64,000 nucleotides of DNA from Mobula hypostoma (taxonomy: Eukaryota), in assembly GCF_963921235.1 (NCBI RefSeq), contig NC_086108.1:62002001-62066000 (forward strand), read 5' to 3'. A program made the translations under genes and the position numbers. The notes beneath the pieces were generated by a model. The model was given only the letters and a program-made list of their open reading frames with translations, did not search any database and was not told where the DNA came from. How positions within the stretch are numbered: position 1 is the first letter of the stretch; every line of letters begins with the position of its first letter. Of this stretch, positions 38,388 through 51,300 are shown piece after piece.

Positions 38388-39374
38388 ATGATGTCTAAGA
38401 ACAAGAATAAAAAGTCCGCTTCGAAGGCTGATAAGCATAAAGAGATGCAGCAAGGCGACGGGCCTAGCTCCCCCACGGCAAGCAAGGACGGAGATAATGA
38501 GGGGGAATCGGTGACTCTGTCTTTGATTCTCGGAGAGATTCGCGAGTTCCGACAAGATAACAGCAAACAGCTGGAAGATATTAAAGGAGAAATAGCAAAA
38601 ACTAACTCGCGGATAGATGAAGCCGAAGCGAGGATTGTTGGAATTGAAGAGAAGCTACAAAACGCCGAGGAAGTGATAGCAGAAATGCTGAAGCTACAAG
38701 ACCAACTCCAGTGGAAACTAACAGATCAAGAAGGCCGCTCGAGAAGGGAAAATGTGAGGATCTACGGAGTTCCCGAAGGAACCGAAGGTAAACCCGGATT
38801 GATGATTCCCTTCGTGGAGAAGCTGCTTAGATAAAACCTTGATATGCCGGCCGCAAAAGACCTACAGATAGAAAGGGGTCACCGCGCGTTGGCACCACAG
38901 CCTCCGGCAGGCGTCCAGCCCAGATCGATTCTGATCAGATTTCTTAGTTACAGAACGAAGGAAGAGGTGCTTAAAAGAGCATGGCAAAAGAAAGGTTTCA
39001 TGTGGAACAACTGCAAAATCAGTTTAGACCACGACTACGCACCGGGGATTCTTGCCAGACGGAAGGAATATACGGAAACACGGAGAGTCCTGAAGGAAAA
39101 CAACATCAGATTCCAGACCCTGTATCCAGCTCGGCTGAGAGTCTTTTACGACGAAGGGACAAAAACTTACGCTACGGTGGAGGAGGCAACGTCGGACCTG
39201 GCGGACCGGGGACTACCTATTAAAGTTATCACCCAACCAGAGTCGCTACTGGAGAGGATTCGGCAGAAGTCGTGGCAGTTAGTGGGGCGAGGACGCTCCA
39301 CTCGAACCAGAGTGTCAAACTACAAGGAAAAGCTACAAATATTCAGACGCGAATGTACAGAGAATACAGATTAA
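38388..39374 (+). pseudogene. L1 ORF1p (coiled-coil + RRM + CTD), one premature TAA at 38832-38834
   Basis: ORFs 38388-38834 and 38844-39374 are in the same frame. Motifs DQEGRSRRENVRIYGVPE, IERGHR, PRSILIRF and LYPARLRV are typical of L1 ORF1p. Confidence 0.92.
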
Positions 39375-39736
39375 TTAAGAGAAATGACTGAAAAGAGTAA
39401 ATCGGACTTAAAAGTAAAATGAAAACTGGTAACTGAAAATAAACTAGGCGGAATAACTTGAATGATAGCAATATAGTCGAGACATAAATAGGAGAAAATT
39501 CTCTATGATTATTCAAACTGCTGAGGGCCCTCTAACACAGGGTGAAGATAGAGGTTATCCCTCTGAACTGAGGCGGGTCAGTGCTCAGGCCTCACTGTGG
39601 GAAGTCGGGAAAAATTTTCAAATGTTATACGTTCAGAAATGTCTAGGGTGTGGTTATATGTCTTGGTTTACTGTTGAGAAGGGATTGCTTACTGTTTGGT
39701 TAGAAAAGGAGAGTGCTTTTTTTCTACTAGAGAAAA

Positions 39737-42700
39737 ATGCAAACTGAATTGGTAAAAATAATTTCCTATAATGTTAATGGGGTTTTGAATCCAATTAAAA
39801 GAAATAAGATTATGTCTAAATTGAAAAAAGAGAGGGCACAAATAGCTTTCCTCCAGCAAACACATATGAGCCAATCTGAACATGGAAAATTAAAAAGAAT
39901 GGGCTTTAAGCATGTATTTTATTCATCATATAAATTGAGTCACAAAAGAGGGGTAGCTACTTTAATATCAAGTACTCTTAATTATGAACATATTTCAGAG
40001 ACTAGAGACAAAGAAGGACGGTTTGTAAAAATCACAGGAAGAATAGAAGGTACAGAAATAACATTGCTGAATGTTTATGCTCCTCCAGGTAGTGAATGGT
40101 CATTTTATAGACACATTTTTGACCTAATGGTCAGTTCTCGAGAGGTAGTAATTTGTGGAGGGGATTTTAATATTAGATTAAATCCTATATTAGATTCTTC
40201 AAGAATAGTTACTCAGAATAAACCTCTGACTCGGAAAGTGAATTCATTGATGGAGGAGTTGGGAATTATAGATGTCTGGAGGGAATTACACCCTACTAGT
40301 AAAGATTATACATATTACTCTTTCCCTCATTCAGCCTATTCAAGGATAGACTATTTCTTTATCTTTAATACAGATAGACTCAGGATAAAAAACTGTAATA
40401 TTGCAACAATTGCTCTGTCGGATCATAGACCAGTCTCTATGTCTCTAATCCTGGAAAGGAAAATGAGGAAAACACTATGGAGGCTAAACTCACATATACT
40501 TAATAACCCAAAAGTAATGGAGAGATTAAGGGGAGAAATCAAAGAATATCTAGACCCTAATGACACGGGAGAAACATCACCAGTGATTTTATGGGATACA
40601 TTGAAAGCTGTACTGAGAGGGAAAATTATTTCCATTACTACTCACATGAAAAAAATCAATGCACAAAAATTAGCAGACCTTCAAGGAAAATTAAAACAAC
40701 TTCAAGTTGTAGATAGCAACAAAAGTAATTCAAATCGAAAACAGGAAATTAGGAAATTGCAAACTGAAATTGATGATATTTATACGTTGGAAACTCAAAG
40801 AAATTTTCTTTACCTGAGACAAAAGAATTATGAAGTAGGAGGTAAATCAGCTAGATTATTAGCATATAAATTACGAAAACAACAAGCAGACAATACAATT
40901 CATAAAATAAAGAATCCAAAGACAAAGCTTGTGGAGAGTACAATAGGGAAAATTCAAGAGAGTTTTGAAACATATTATCGAGAGCTGTACTCCCAACCAA
41001 CCCCCGGGCCCCCAATGAGCCCTATATAGACAGTGTATTGAATTTTTTAGATCTACCTAAACTTACAGATTTACAAAATGAAAGTTTATTAGAACCAGTA
41101 ACTGTCAAAGAACTGAACGTGGCCATCTCTAGGTTAAAGGCTGGAAAGTCCCCGGGTTCTGATGGGTTTACCTCAGAGTGGTACAAGTCCCTGAAGACAC
41201 AGTTAGCCCCATTACTACTTAACACCTTTAATTGGATCTTGCAGAGAGGAGAAACTCCACCTTCCTGGAGAGAAGCGATTATTTCAGTTATTCCTAAAGA
41301 GGGTAAAGATAAACTAGAATGTGGCAATTATCGGCCAATTAGTGTTCTTAATTTAGATTACAAACTATTTACATCTATATTAGCGCGCAGATTAGAAAAG
41401 CTTTTACCTGGCCTAATCCATTTAGACCAGACTGGATTTATTCAACAAAGACAAACACAGGACAACATAAGGAGAACTCTGCACATATTAGAACAGGTTA
41501 ATAAGAACGAGACAGAGACAATGGTAGTAGGATTGGACACTGAGAAAGCTTTTGATTCGGTTAGTTGGGCATTCCTATACAGAGGGTTAGGAAGATTCGG
41601 CTTTCAAGAAAGGTTTATTAAAGTAATTCAGACTCCATATGACAGCCCTACAGCCCGAATTAAGATAAATGGGGACCTCTCTGACTCCTTCATTTTAGAG
41701 AGAGGCACTAGACAGGGATGCCCAATTTCTCCTCTCCTTTTTGCGCTATATATTGAACCACTTGCCCAACTAATAAGACAGAGCGAAATCGTAAAAGGTA
41801 TCAAGGTGGCAGGGATTGAACAGAAAGTGGCGTTATTCGCAGATGATGTTTTGGTCTATCTGAGTGAACCAGAAAAATCATTTATAGGATTGTTTACACT
41901 GTTGGATGACTTTGGGAAAATATCAGGTTATAAAATAAATGTAAAGAAAACGCAGGTTATGTCCCTAAATTATACACCATCCAAAAAATTGCAGGATACA
42001 TACGATCTTAAGTGGGAAGCTAAATCATTAAAATATTTAGGAATAACCCTGCCGAAGGATCTTTCAACACTGTCACAGGTAAATTATGGGCCATTAATCT
42101 CAGAGATAAAAGCAGATATGCATAGATGGAATCTTATCCCCTTTTTAAGTTTAAATTCAAGGATAAGTACTATAAAAATGAATATTCTTCCTCGGTTATT
42201 ATATCTTTTCCGTACTTTACCAGTGGAGGTGGATGATAATCAATTCAGGGAATGGGACAAATGGATTTCCTGCTTCATTTGGCAAGGAAGGAAACCTAGA
42301 ATTCGATATAACACCTTACAGTTAGGGAAGGAAAGAGGAGGTATGGTTCTTCCTTGCCTGAGAAATTATTTTTATGCCTCACAGATAACCCCTCTGTTAT
42401 ATTGGTGTAATAGGGAATATAAGGCTAGATGGAAGGAAATAGAATTTGGATTAGTTGACAGTTTTCCTCTTCAGGCCTCAATAGCTGACAAAGGATTGAT
42501 GGCCCAGTTGGAAAAATTTAATAATGCTTGGATAAATCTTACATTAAAAGTATGGCAGAAGGTGGTTAATGCATGTGGAATTAATAACATGCTAAAACTC
42601 TTTAGATGGTGTGCATATGATACCGAATTCCTTCCCAACAGAGGAGATAAAAGATTTGAGCTATGGATAAAGAAAGGTCTTACAACCTACCTCTCATTTA

Positions 42701-43530
42701 TAGATAAAAGAGTATTACAAAGTTTCCAAATCCTGCAGGACAAACATGGCCTAGAACATAATGACTTTTTTAGGTACCTTCAAATACGAAACTATGTTAA
42801 CCAGAGTTGTAGATATACAGACCTATCAACAGTAGAATTAGAATTTTTCAAGATTCTGAATTCGGCTTGCAGTTCAATACCTAGTAAATCAGTTTCTCGC
42901 CTATATAATGCACTCTCCCATGCTAAAAATGTAAATACACTGTATATTAAAGAGAAGTGGGAGAAAGAAGCGGGGTTGGTACTTTCAGAGGAGGCTTGGG
43001 GGAAAAGCTGCAGCTTTCAATGGTCCTCAACTAATTCTTTGACTTGGAGAGAACATTGTTGGAAAAACATTATAAGATACTTCAAAACCCCATATCAGGA
43101 AAAATATAAAGATACAAATGTGATGTGTTGGAGAAGGTGCGGCTCCAAGGAGGCAAATCATTTTCATATTTTCTGGGATTGCCCTAAATTAAGTCTATTT
43201 TGGGAAGGTATTCATAGAACATTAGTTAAGGTACTTAGGTCCCAGATACCTCTGAACTTTGAGACGCTCTACTTGGGGCATGTATTGTTCCTTGAACAGA
43301 AGGAAGATATAAAGTTGCTGCAGGCCCTCTTAGCGGCAAGTAAGAAATTAATCACTAGAAAATGGCTAAATCCAATACCACCTACATTAGAAGATTGGTA
43401 TGAAATTATCTTGGAAATATTTAAAATGGAAAAGTTGACTTACTCCCTGAGAACTCAAAAAGAAACATTTTATCAAATCTGGAATAAATGGATTGAATAT
43501 ATAACCCCAATGCGAGCAGACTTTAGATGA
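39737..43530 (+). pseudogene. L1 ORF2p (APE endonuclease, RT, CCHC), one frameshift near 40995
   Basis: EN motifs SYNVNG, GDFN, SRIDY, SDH; RT motifs YRPISVLN, RGTRQGCPISP, FADD; C-terminal CWRRC..HIFWDC. The two ORF halves are in different frames and join at a CCAACCAACCCCC run. Confidence 0.93.
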
Positions 43531-45239
43531 CTCTCCTAATGATTTGTATTGCTCTTCTCATCAACACAGTAATATTGCTAACGTAAGCACCCCTAGTCTA
43601 AATGTTTGTTGTTTTTTTTTGGAAAATAGAGAATTAACACAAGTAAAGGGAAAGATTTGGGAAAGGGATAAAAAAAAAATGAAAAAATTAAGGAAATAAG
43701 TACATAGGGATTGGATAATTATGTCTGGGGGCAGGAACAAGCACGAACAAATTGGGATATAAACACCTACAATGGTTGGTATATAGGCTTGTATGCAACA
43801 TTTTGGACCAGTGGAAATGGTGCAGAAGGGTTGTATGGAAACTGTTATTACCATTTTTCTTAACAACTAATTTCATTACTTAGCCTAATAGGTTAGATTT
43901 ACCACAGTACATAATTATCTATTTAAATGTTTATTTTGCTTTTATATCATCTCAATGTGTACTTAAGAACGTATAAATAATTGTAGTTTTATACATATAA
44001 AAAAATGGAAAAGGTTATATGTGTGAAAAAAGTACATGATAATTGTGAATTCCTTATCCAAATAAAAATAAAATTTAAAAAAAAAAGAAGAATGAAATCC
44101 AAGTTCCTAACAGTGGTGTTTGCTGCTTGTTTCCCGCTGTCCCATCAGACTTGGCATAAAAATAACACCTTCAGCAGCTGTTGCCCCAATTCTCGTAGCA
44201 CTGATCATTTGTTTAACAGATTGAAGATGATATCATACAAGCTGTTCTAATGTTGATATTCCACCAACCACTTTGATGTTTTAGATGTCCAGTCCACCCC
44301 ACAATCATGCACTGGGTTGAGCCATTACTGATTCCTTCCAAGTTTTCATACAAGTGGCTTTAAAAGAAATGAAAGTAAGAAGGTGCCTACAATTTTATAG
44401 ATCCTGTCAGTAACACCACATTGAAGCACAATTATTGAGCCAGGAAAACTCTAAGGTCAGGAGAATCTTGAAATGGACATGAACTTAGCCAGCAATGTAC
44501 ACATTCCTGCCATGACTGTGCCAGGACACCGATACATCAAAGGTCAATTGCAGCCAAGGCTTCTGTAGGTAACTACCACAACATATAATGTCACATCTGT
44601 AGCACAGTGGCACTTCTGCCTCTTAGCTTAAGTAGCCCAGATTCACCTCTGGCCTCAGGTGCAGTCTGTACACAGTCTGCCACAAAAGAGAAATGTTTGA
44701 TGGAATTTCTCAGAACTGGTATAGAGTTGATGGGCCTAATGGCCTCCCATGTTATAAGTAAATACGATACATATGAAATCTACTCTAAAGCATAAGGGGG
44801 CACTTAAACCCATAGTATCAGCACTCTATTAAGGTAGCCACAAACCGCTGTGCCTTGCCCTCTCCCTCCCTTTTGTTGACTTGTTTTTTTGAGCTGAAAA
44901 GCATTCTATATTCCAATCTTTTGGCAGAAGACAACATTTGGCATAACCTTTCATTTTTGTGGTCTCGGTGTGAATTTTAATTAGTTAACTGTTTATCATT
45001 GATTTCCAAGCCAATGGAAAGAACTTCCCTGGTCATCCATCAAAATAAGTTAATTATGCATAATTTTGGGAGGTTCTGCTTTTGAGGAAGAAGGCTTCAA
45101 CATAACATAACTACCTTCCCTCACCACCTTTCCCCTAGCTGTTCTCCAGCGTCTGCCTCTTCCCATGAACACCTCAAGCATCAAATAGATTTTTTAGTGA
45201 AATCAGACTAAATGTGTTGGCTATGAACCAACTAAACAA

Positions 45240-45500
45240 ATGCAAATTAGATCTGCACTGAAAAAAATCTGTTCTATGGGTGCCAATCAATCAACAAGAT
45301 ACCATATTATTATGGAAATCAGTAGAAATAATTGTGTCCTAATTATGCTGACAGTGATTTACGGTGTCTGGAACGTGATTAAAGCAATGTGGTTAAATCA
45401 TACTGTCAGCACATTTCGAACTTCCAAGAGTCTTTCTCTTGCTCAGTTCAGCAGAGAAAGGCAAATGTCAAAACTGAAATGTTGTGTTGTCAAATGCTAT
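45240..45500. promoter_or_regulatory. Candidate developmental enhancer (PBX-HOX + MEIS + octamer cluster)
   Basis: ATGCAAAT at 45240; TGATTGAT (minus) at 45286; TGACAG immediately followed by TGATTTAC at 45349-45362; TGATTTAA (minus) at 45393 next to CTGTCA at 45403. Apparently non-repetitive DNA. Confidence 0.45.
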
Positions 45501-46513
45501 TTTTCATACATTGATAATGATGCTGTTTAAGATGGCAGGATGCTGCAACAGGGTTTTAAAACTCACCAACGCACATGCTGCTGTTTCACTTACGCCACAC
45601 TCCCACATTATTCTGTAGATCAATAGCCATCAGAACACCTCACCCAGCCTCATCACTTTCCTGACAGAGTTGTACATTCACTGATACCAGAAATTCTCAA
45701 TCTCAGACAACAAATTTTAACAGGTCTCATGCTATTCTTCTAAAACATTTGTCAGAGACGAATGGAACCCTATTATTTAAATACCCTTATCAACAAGGTG
45801 TGTGATGTATGAACTCTATTTATATGGATTGCTTAACAAGTTTCACAGACAAACTAATATCAGTCTCGGCTGTTTTTTATGATAGGGGAGGGCAGTCAGT
45901 CATACACTGTTGGAGCATTACTTTATTGTAGTGATACAAAAAAAAAAGACAACTAGCACTCTCGTTCTGGCACTACCTGGCAGAAGCTAAAGTTGCAGAA
46001 TTCATTTCGAAGATAACACTTGCCAAAAGGAAATCTTAATATTTTCGACCTGGACCGAAGGAGAATTGTGTAAGTAAATTGGATTGTATAAAGAGCACAG
46101 TATGCTTTTGAATTAGTATTAAGTGTAGCATGAAAATAGAAAATGTCAAATGATTTATGACTAATTTCACAATTTTATTTTCTTTGCAATCAATATTTAA
46201 ATTAGAGGTATAGAAGATTACAAACTTCCAAATATTGACAAACATATTACAGGGAATTATATGGTAGGTTATCGTTGGCGAGAGGAATTAAATAATCCGA
46301 AGTCCTTCTAAATCCACAACATTTTCACTACGCATAGCCCAACTTGCTTAAGTAGGTGGAAGAACTGCATAAAGGTTCAGGAGTTTTTATAGAATCAAAT
46401 TAATCACTACAATCTTACTAAAATATATCTTTATTTTAATGTATTTTTTATTATTTTAAACAAGCTGATGGATAGTTTTCAGCCTAATTTGCTCATTGTA
46501 GTGTTTATTATAG

Positions 46514-46798
46514 GGTGGCACAGTAGCACAGTGGTCAGCAAAACGCTCTACAACACCAGCGACCCCGGTTCAATTCCCGCCGCAGCCTGCAAGGAATTTG
46601 TACATCCTCCCCGTGACCACGTGGGTTTCCTCCGGGTGTTCTGGTTTCCTCCCACAGTCCAAAGATGCACTGGTTAATAGGTTAATTGTCATTGTAAATG
46701 TCCCATGATTAGGCTAGGGTTAAATCAGGGATTGCTGGGCGGCGTGGTTTGAAGGGGCCAGCAGGGCCGATTCCACGCAGTATCTCAATAAATAAATA
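46514..46798 (+). mobile_element. tRNA-derived V-SINE (HE1-like)
   Basis: A box TAGCACAGTGG, B box GGTTCAATTCC, central domain GTGGGTTTCCTCCGGGTG..GGTTTCCTCCCACAGTCCAAAGA, (TAAA)n tail. Confidence 0.85.
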
Positions 46799-46996
46799 CA
46801 CTATTAGTTGCAGAGATAAGATGGTAATGGAGATATTTCATACTATTTATAAAGCTTACTCAAATGGTTACAAAAAAGAAGCATCAGCAGTTCATCTTGA
46901 TTCTCCTTATTTTTGATATGGGAAGTCAGATTTTGCTTTGTAGATAGTAAAAGTTTGTCTGTGAAAAAGGATTTTTTTTTTGTTAGTTATGAGAAT

Positions 46997-47930
46997 CAGT
47001 TTCAACCTTAATGTCTGTTTATTTGGGACAACTCATAAAGAACAAAAACTAAATTGAGAAAATAGCTGGGATCCCACGCCATTTAGTTGTGACAGGAGAC
47101 TGTTGCCAAACAGTTTCTAACTAGCATCAGTTGTGTGCATTTGCATGGGCAGTAGACACTACTCCGTGTTTACAGTGATCAGTTTTTAAATAGCATCAGT
47201 TGCACGTGTTTATGTTCAAAAAGCAGTGATTTTTGTCACTGATTATTGGTGAGAAATAATCATTAAGACAATTCAAAACTGCTTGCTCACCGCAGTTTCA
47301 AGCATTCAGGCTTGGAGATGCCAGAAACGGAAAGTTAAGAATAATGAAGCTATCGGTAGTCACCTTGAATGTTACAATGAAAATGAATATTTGGAGGATG
47401 AAATCATCTCAAATATTGTATGAAGGCAGTCCATTATCTGCATTAGATGTATCCTCTGATTTTATTCAATTACACTCAATCAAAAGAACACAGCAGATGA
47501 ATACCTCCATCAATAACTGTTAGAAACTAATACTGTTTAATAGTACCATAGAGGTATTGCTAATATTCTAACTTGCTCTGAATTTCATTTAAATACATAA
47601 TTGTTTTATTCAGTTAAATGGTAGTTTATATTTTTGTTTCCTTTTAACTATTTCATGCACTCAGGGTCTTGGACTATACTTTTTTGTGTGACTGTACTTT
47701 ACTGATATCTTATATGTGTTATATGTGCCTTGTGTTGTGTGTGACTGTTAGTACTGTACTGTGTTTCGCAATTTGGCCCTGGAGTAATACTGTTTTGATT
47801 GACTTTATTCAAGGGTATTCATGTATGGCTGAATAACAGTTAAACTTGTACTTGAACTTGAAATTGAAACTTTGTCAAATTGGGGCAAAATATACTGGTT
47901 CCAATGTGTCCCAATTAACCAGGATCTAGG
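46997..47930. mobile_element. Degenerate Tc1/mariner (Tigger-like) non-autonomous element with a nested retro-tail (about 47660-47868)
   Basis: Inverted motifs TTATTTGGGACA (about 47020) and TGTCCCAATTAA (about 47907) near the ends; AT-rich interior. Confidence 0.4.
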
Positions 47931-47990
47931 GAGAGATAGAGAGAGAGAGAGATAGGGAGATAGAGAGAGAGTGAGTGTGTGTGTGTGTGT
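47928..47990. repeat. (GA)n(GT)n compound microsatellite
   Basis: Read directly from the sequence. Confidence 0.9.
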
Positions 47991-48377
47991 ATGCACGCAT
48001 GCTTGATTGAAATTAGTGCACTATTATATTAAACCTGGAAAAATAAGAAAAATTAAATACTTTAATAATACAAATATTTTCGCAGATACTGCAAGAATCA
48101 GTATTAAAACTTGGAGAATGTTGGAAGCATTTAGTGCCTTGAGTCATTCAGCAATGTGTTAAAAGATTGATTGCAATAAAAAATTAGTCAAAGGTAAGTT
48201 TAAATTCAGTGAACTTAAAGTTGGATGTACTCATAAAGGTCCTTAACAACTTTTGGTTCCTTGTGCTTCCATTGTTCATTTAAATTATGTGCTTTGTTAA
48301 CAATTCAACAACAAGTTTGTCCTCTAGTTTTTATGATTCTACAGATAACAGCAGGCTATACTAATGTGCACAAAACT

Positions 48378-51300
48378 CTCAAAGTTCAAAATACATTTAT
48401 TTTCAAAATATGTACACTGTATATAACTTTGAAATTTGTTTCCTTATAGATAGCCACAAAACAAAGAAACCCAATAGAACCCATTAAAAAAGACCATCAA
48501 ACACCCAATGTGTAAAATAAGAACAAAATCATGCAAGCAATAAAAAGTAAGCAAATAACATCCAGAATTAAAGTTCACAAAAGTGAGTTCACAGCTACAA
48601 AACCAGTCCTGGCCATGAAGCAAGTCACAGCAGATCCAGGAGCCCGTTAGTTGTAGAGCACAGTCTCAGTTCAGAGCAGAGTCGCGTAAACCTCACGGAG
48701 CAGCAAGCTGAACACCTGCCTGTCCCTCACCTCCAGCCCCAACACCCTGACTTTTCCAATATGGCCCAGCATTCTATCAACTAAACCTTAGCTCGTTGCT
48801 CATTCTTAGACCCGGACCCTGACACTTCAATACCCTCTTGGCCACCTCGATTCGGCCTTTACTTGACCTTTCCAATCTGGCCCGGCACTTAGATCAGTTA
48901 AACATTGGCTCATTCCTTCCTCTTAGCAGGGGCCCTGCCTCAGCTCGCCACACAGCAGATCTACCGGTTTGAACCAGTTTCAAGTCCACTCCAGGAATGG
49001 CCAAACATTGGCTCATTCCTCACTCTCGGGCCTGGGCACCCTGTACGTGCCATGCTGCAACCATCCTGCAGCTTCAAGACTTAGAAACATAGAAAATAGG
49101 TGCAGAAGTAGGCCATTCGGCCCTTTGAGCCTGCACCGCCATTCAGTATGATCATGGCTGATCATCCAACTCAGAACCCTGTACCTGCCTTCTCTCCATA
49201 CCACCTGATCCCTTTAGCCACAAGGGCCAGATCAAACTCCCTCTTAAATATAGCCAATGAACTGGCCTCAACTGTTTCCTGTGGCCGAGAATTCCACAGA
49301 TTCACCACTCTCTGCGTGAAGAAGTTTTTCTTCATCTCAGTCCTAAAAGGCTTCCCATTTATCCTCAAACTGTGACCCCTCGTTCTGGACTTCCCCAACA
49401 TTGGGAACAATATTCCTGCATCTAGCCTGTCCAATCCCTTTAGAATTTTATACGTTTCAATCAGATCCCCCCTCAATCTTCTAAATTCCAGAGAGTATCA
49501 GCCTAGTCGATCCAGTCTTTCATCATATGAAAGTCCTGCCATCCCAGGAATCAATCTGGTGAACCTTCTTTGTACTCTCTCTATGGCAAGAATGTCTTTC
49601 CTCAGATTAGGGGACCAAAACTGCACACAATACTCCAGGTGTGGTCTCACCAAGCCCTTGTACAACTGCAGTAGTACCTCCCTGCTCCTGTACTCCAATC
49701 CTCTTGCTATGAATGCCAGCATACCATTCGCCTTTTTCACTGCCTGCTGTACCTGCATGCCCATTTTCAATGACTGGTGTACAATGACACCCAGGTCTCG
49801 TTGCACCTCCCATTTTCCTAATTGGCCACCATTCAGATAATAATCTATTTTCCTGTTCTTGCCACCAAAGTGGATAACCTCACATTTATCCACATTAATT
49901 TGCATCTGCCATGAATTTGCCCACTCACCTAACCTATCCAAGTCACCCTGCATCCTCCTCACAGCTAACACTGCTGCCCAGCTTCATGTCATCTGCAAAC
50001 TTGGAGATGCTGCATTTAATTCCCTCATCTAAGTCATTAATATATATTGTAAATAACTGGGGTCCAAGCACTGAGCCTTGCAGTACCCCACTAGTCACTG
50101 CCTGCCATTCTGAAAAGGTCCTGTTTATTCCCACTCTTTGCTTCCTGTCTGCCAACCAATTCTCTATCCACATCAATACCATACCCCCAATACCGTGTGC
50201 TTTAAGTCTGCACACTATTCTCCTGTGTGGGACCTTGTCAAAAGCCTTTTGAAAATCCAAATATACCACATCCGCTGGTTCTCCCCTATCCACTCTACTA
50301 GTTACATCCTCAAAAAATTCTATGAGATTCGTCAGACATGATTTTCCTTTCACAAATCCATGCTGACTTTGTCCGATGATTTCACCGCTTTCCAAATGTG
50401 CTGTTATCACATCTTTGATAACTGACTCCAGCAGTTTCCCCACCACCGACGTTAGGCTAACCGGTCTATAATTCCCCGGTTTCTCTCTCCCTCCTTTTTT
50501 AAAAAGTGGGGTTACATTAGCCACCCTCCAATCCTCAGGAACTAATCCATAATCTAAAGAGTTTTGAAAAATTATCACTAATGCATCCACTATTTCTTGA
50601 GCTACTTCCTTAAGCACTCTGGGATGCAGGCCATCTGGCCCTGGGGATTTATCTGTCTTTAATCCCTTCAATTTACCTACCACCACTTCCCTACTAACAT
50701 GTATTTCCCTCAGTTCCTCCATCTCACTGGACCCTCTGTCCCCTACTATTTCCGGAAGATTATTTATGTCCTCCTTAGTGAAGACAAAACCAAAGTAGTT
50801 ATTCAATTGGTTTGTCGTGTCCTTGTTCCCCATGATCAATTCACCTGTTTCTGACTGTAAGGGACCTACATTTGTCTTAACCAATTTTTTTTTTACACAT
50901 ATCTATAAAAGCTTTTACAGTCAGTTTTTATGTTCCCTGCTAGCTTTCTCTCATAATCTGTTTTCCCTTTCCTAATTAAACTCTTTGTCCTCCTCTGCTG
51001 GACTCTGAATTTCTCCCAGTCCTCAGGTGTGCCGCTTTTTCTGGCTAATTTGTATGCTTCTTCTTTGGAATTGATACTATCCCTAATTTCCCTTGTCAGC
51101 CACGGGTGCACTACCTTCCCTGGTTTATTCTTTTGCCAAACTGGGATGAACAATTGTAGTTCATCCATGCGATCTTTAAATGCTTGCCATTGCATATCCA
51201 CCATCAATCCTTTAAGTATCATTTGCCAGTCTATCTTAGCTAATTCATGTCTCATACCTTCAAAGTTACCCCTCTTTAAGTTCAGAGCCTTTGTTTCTGA

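Larger units (their letters stand above)
38251..44087 (+). mobile_element. Full-length L1-clade LINE (~5.84 kb), antisense in the OMA1 intron
   Basis: 13-bp TSD AAGAATGAAATCC at 38238-38250 and 44088-44100. 5' end GGGAGGGACTTCCGG...AATGGCGGCG; ORF1, spacer and ORF2; AATAAA at 44061 followed by an A-rich tail. Confidence 0.96.

Noticed and set aside
40990..41040. Programmed frameshift in L1 ORF2
   Set aside because: L1 ORF2 is normally one frame. The CCAAC/poly-C run is better explained as an indel or sequencing error.
46514..46590. tRNA gene
   Set aside because: The A/B boxes run into a SINE V domain and tail, and there is no complete cloverleaf.
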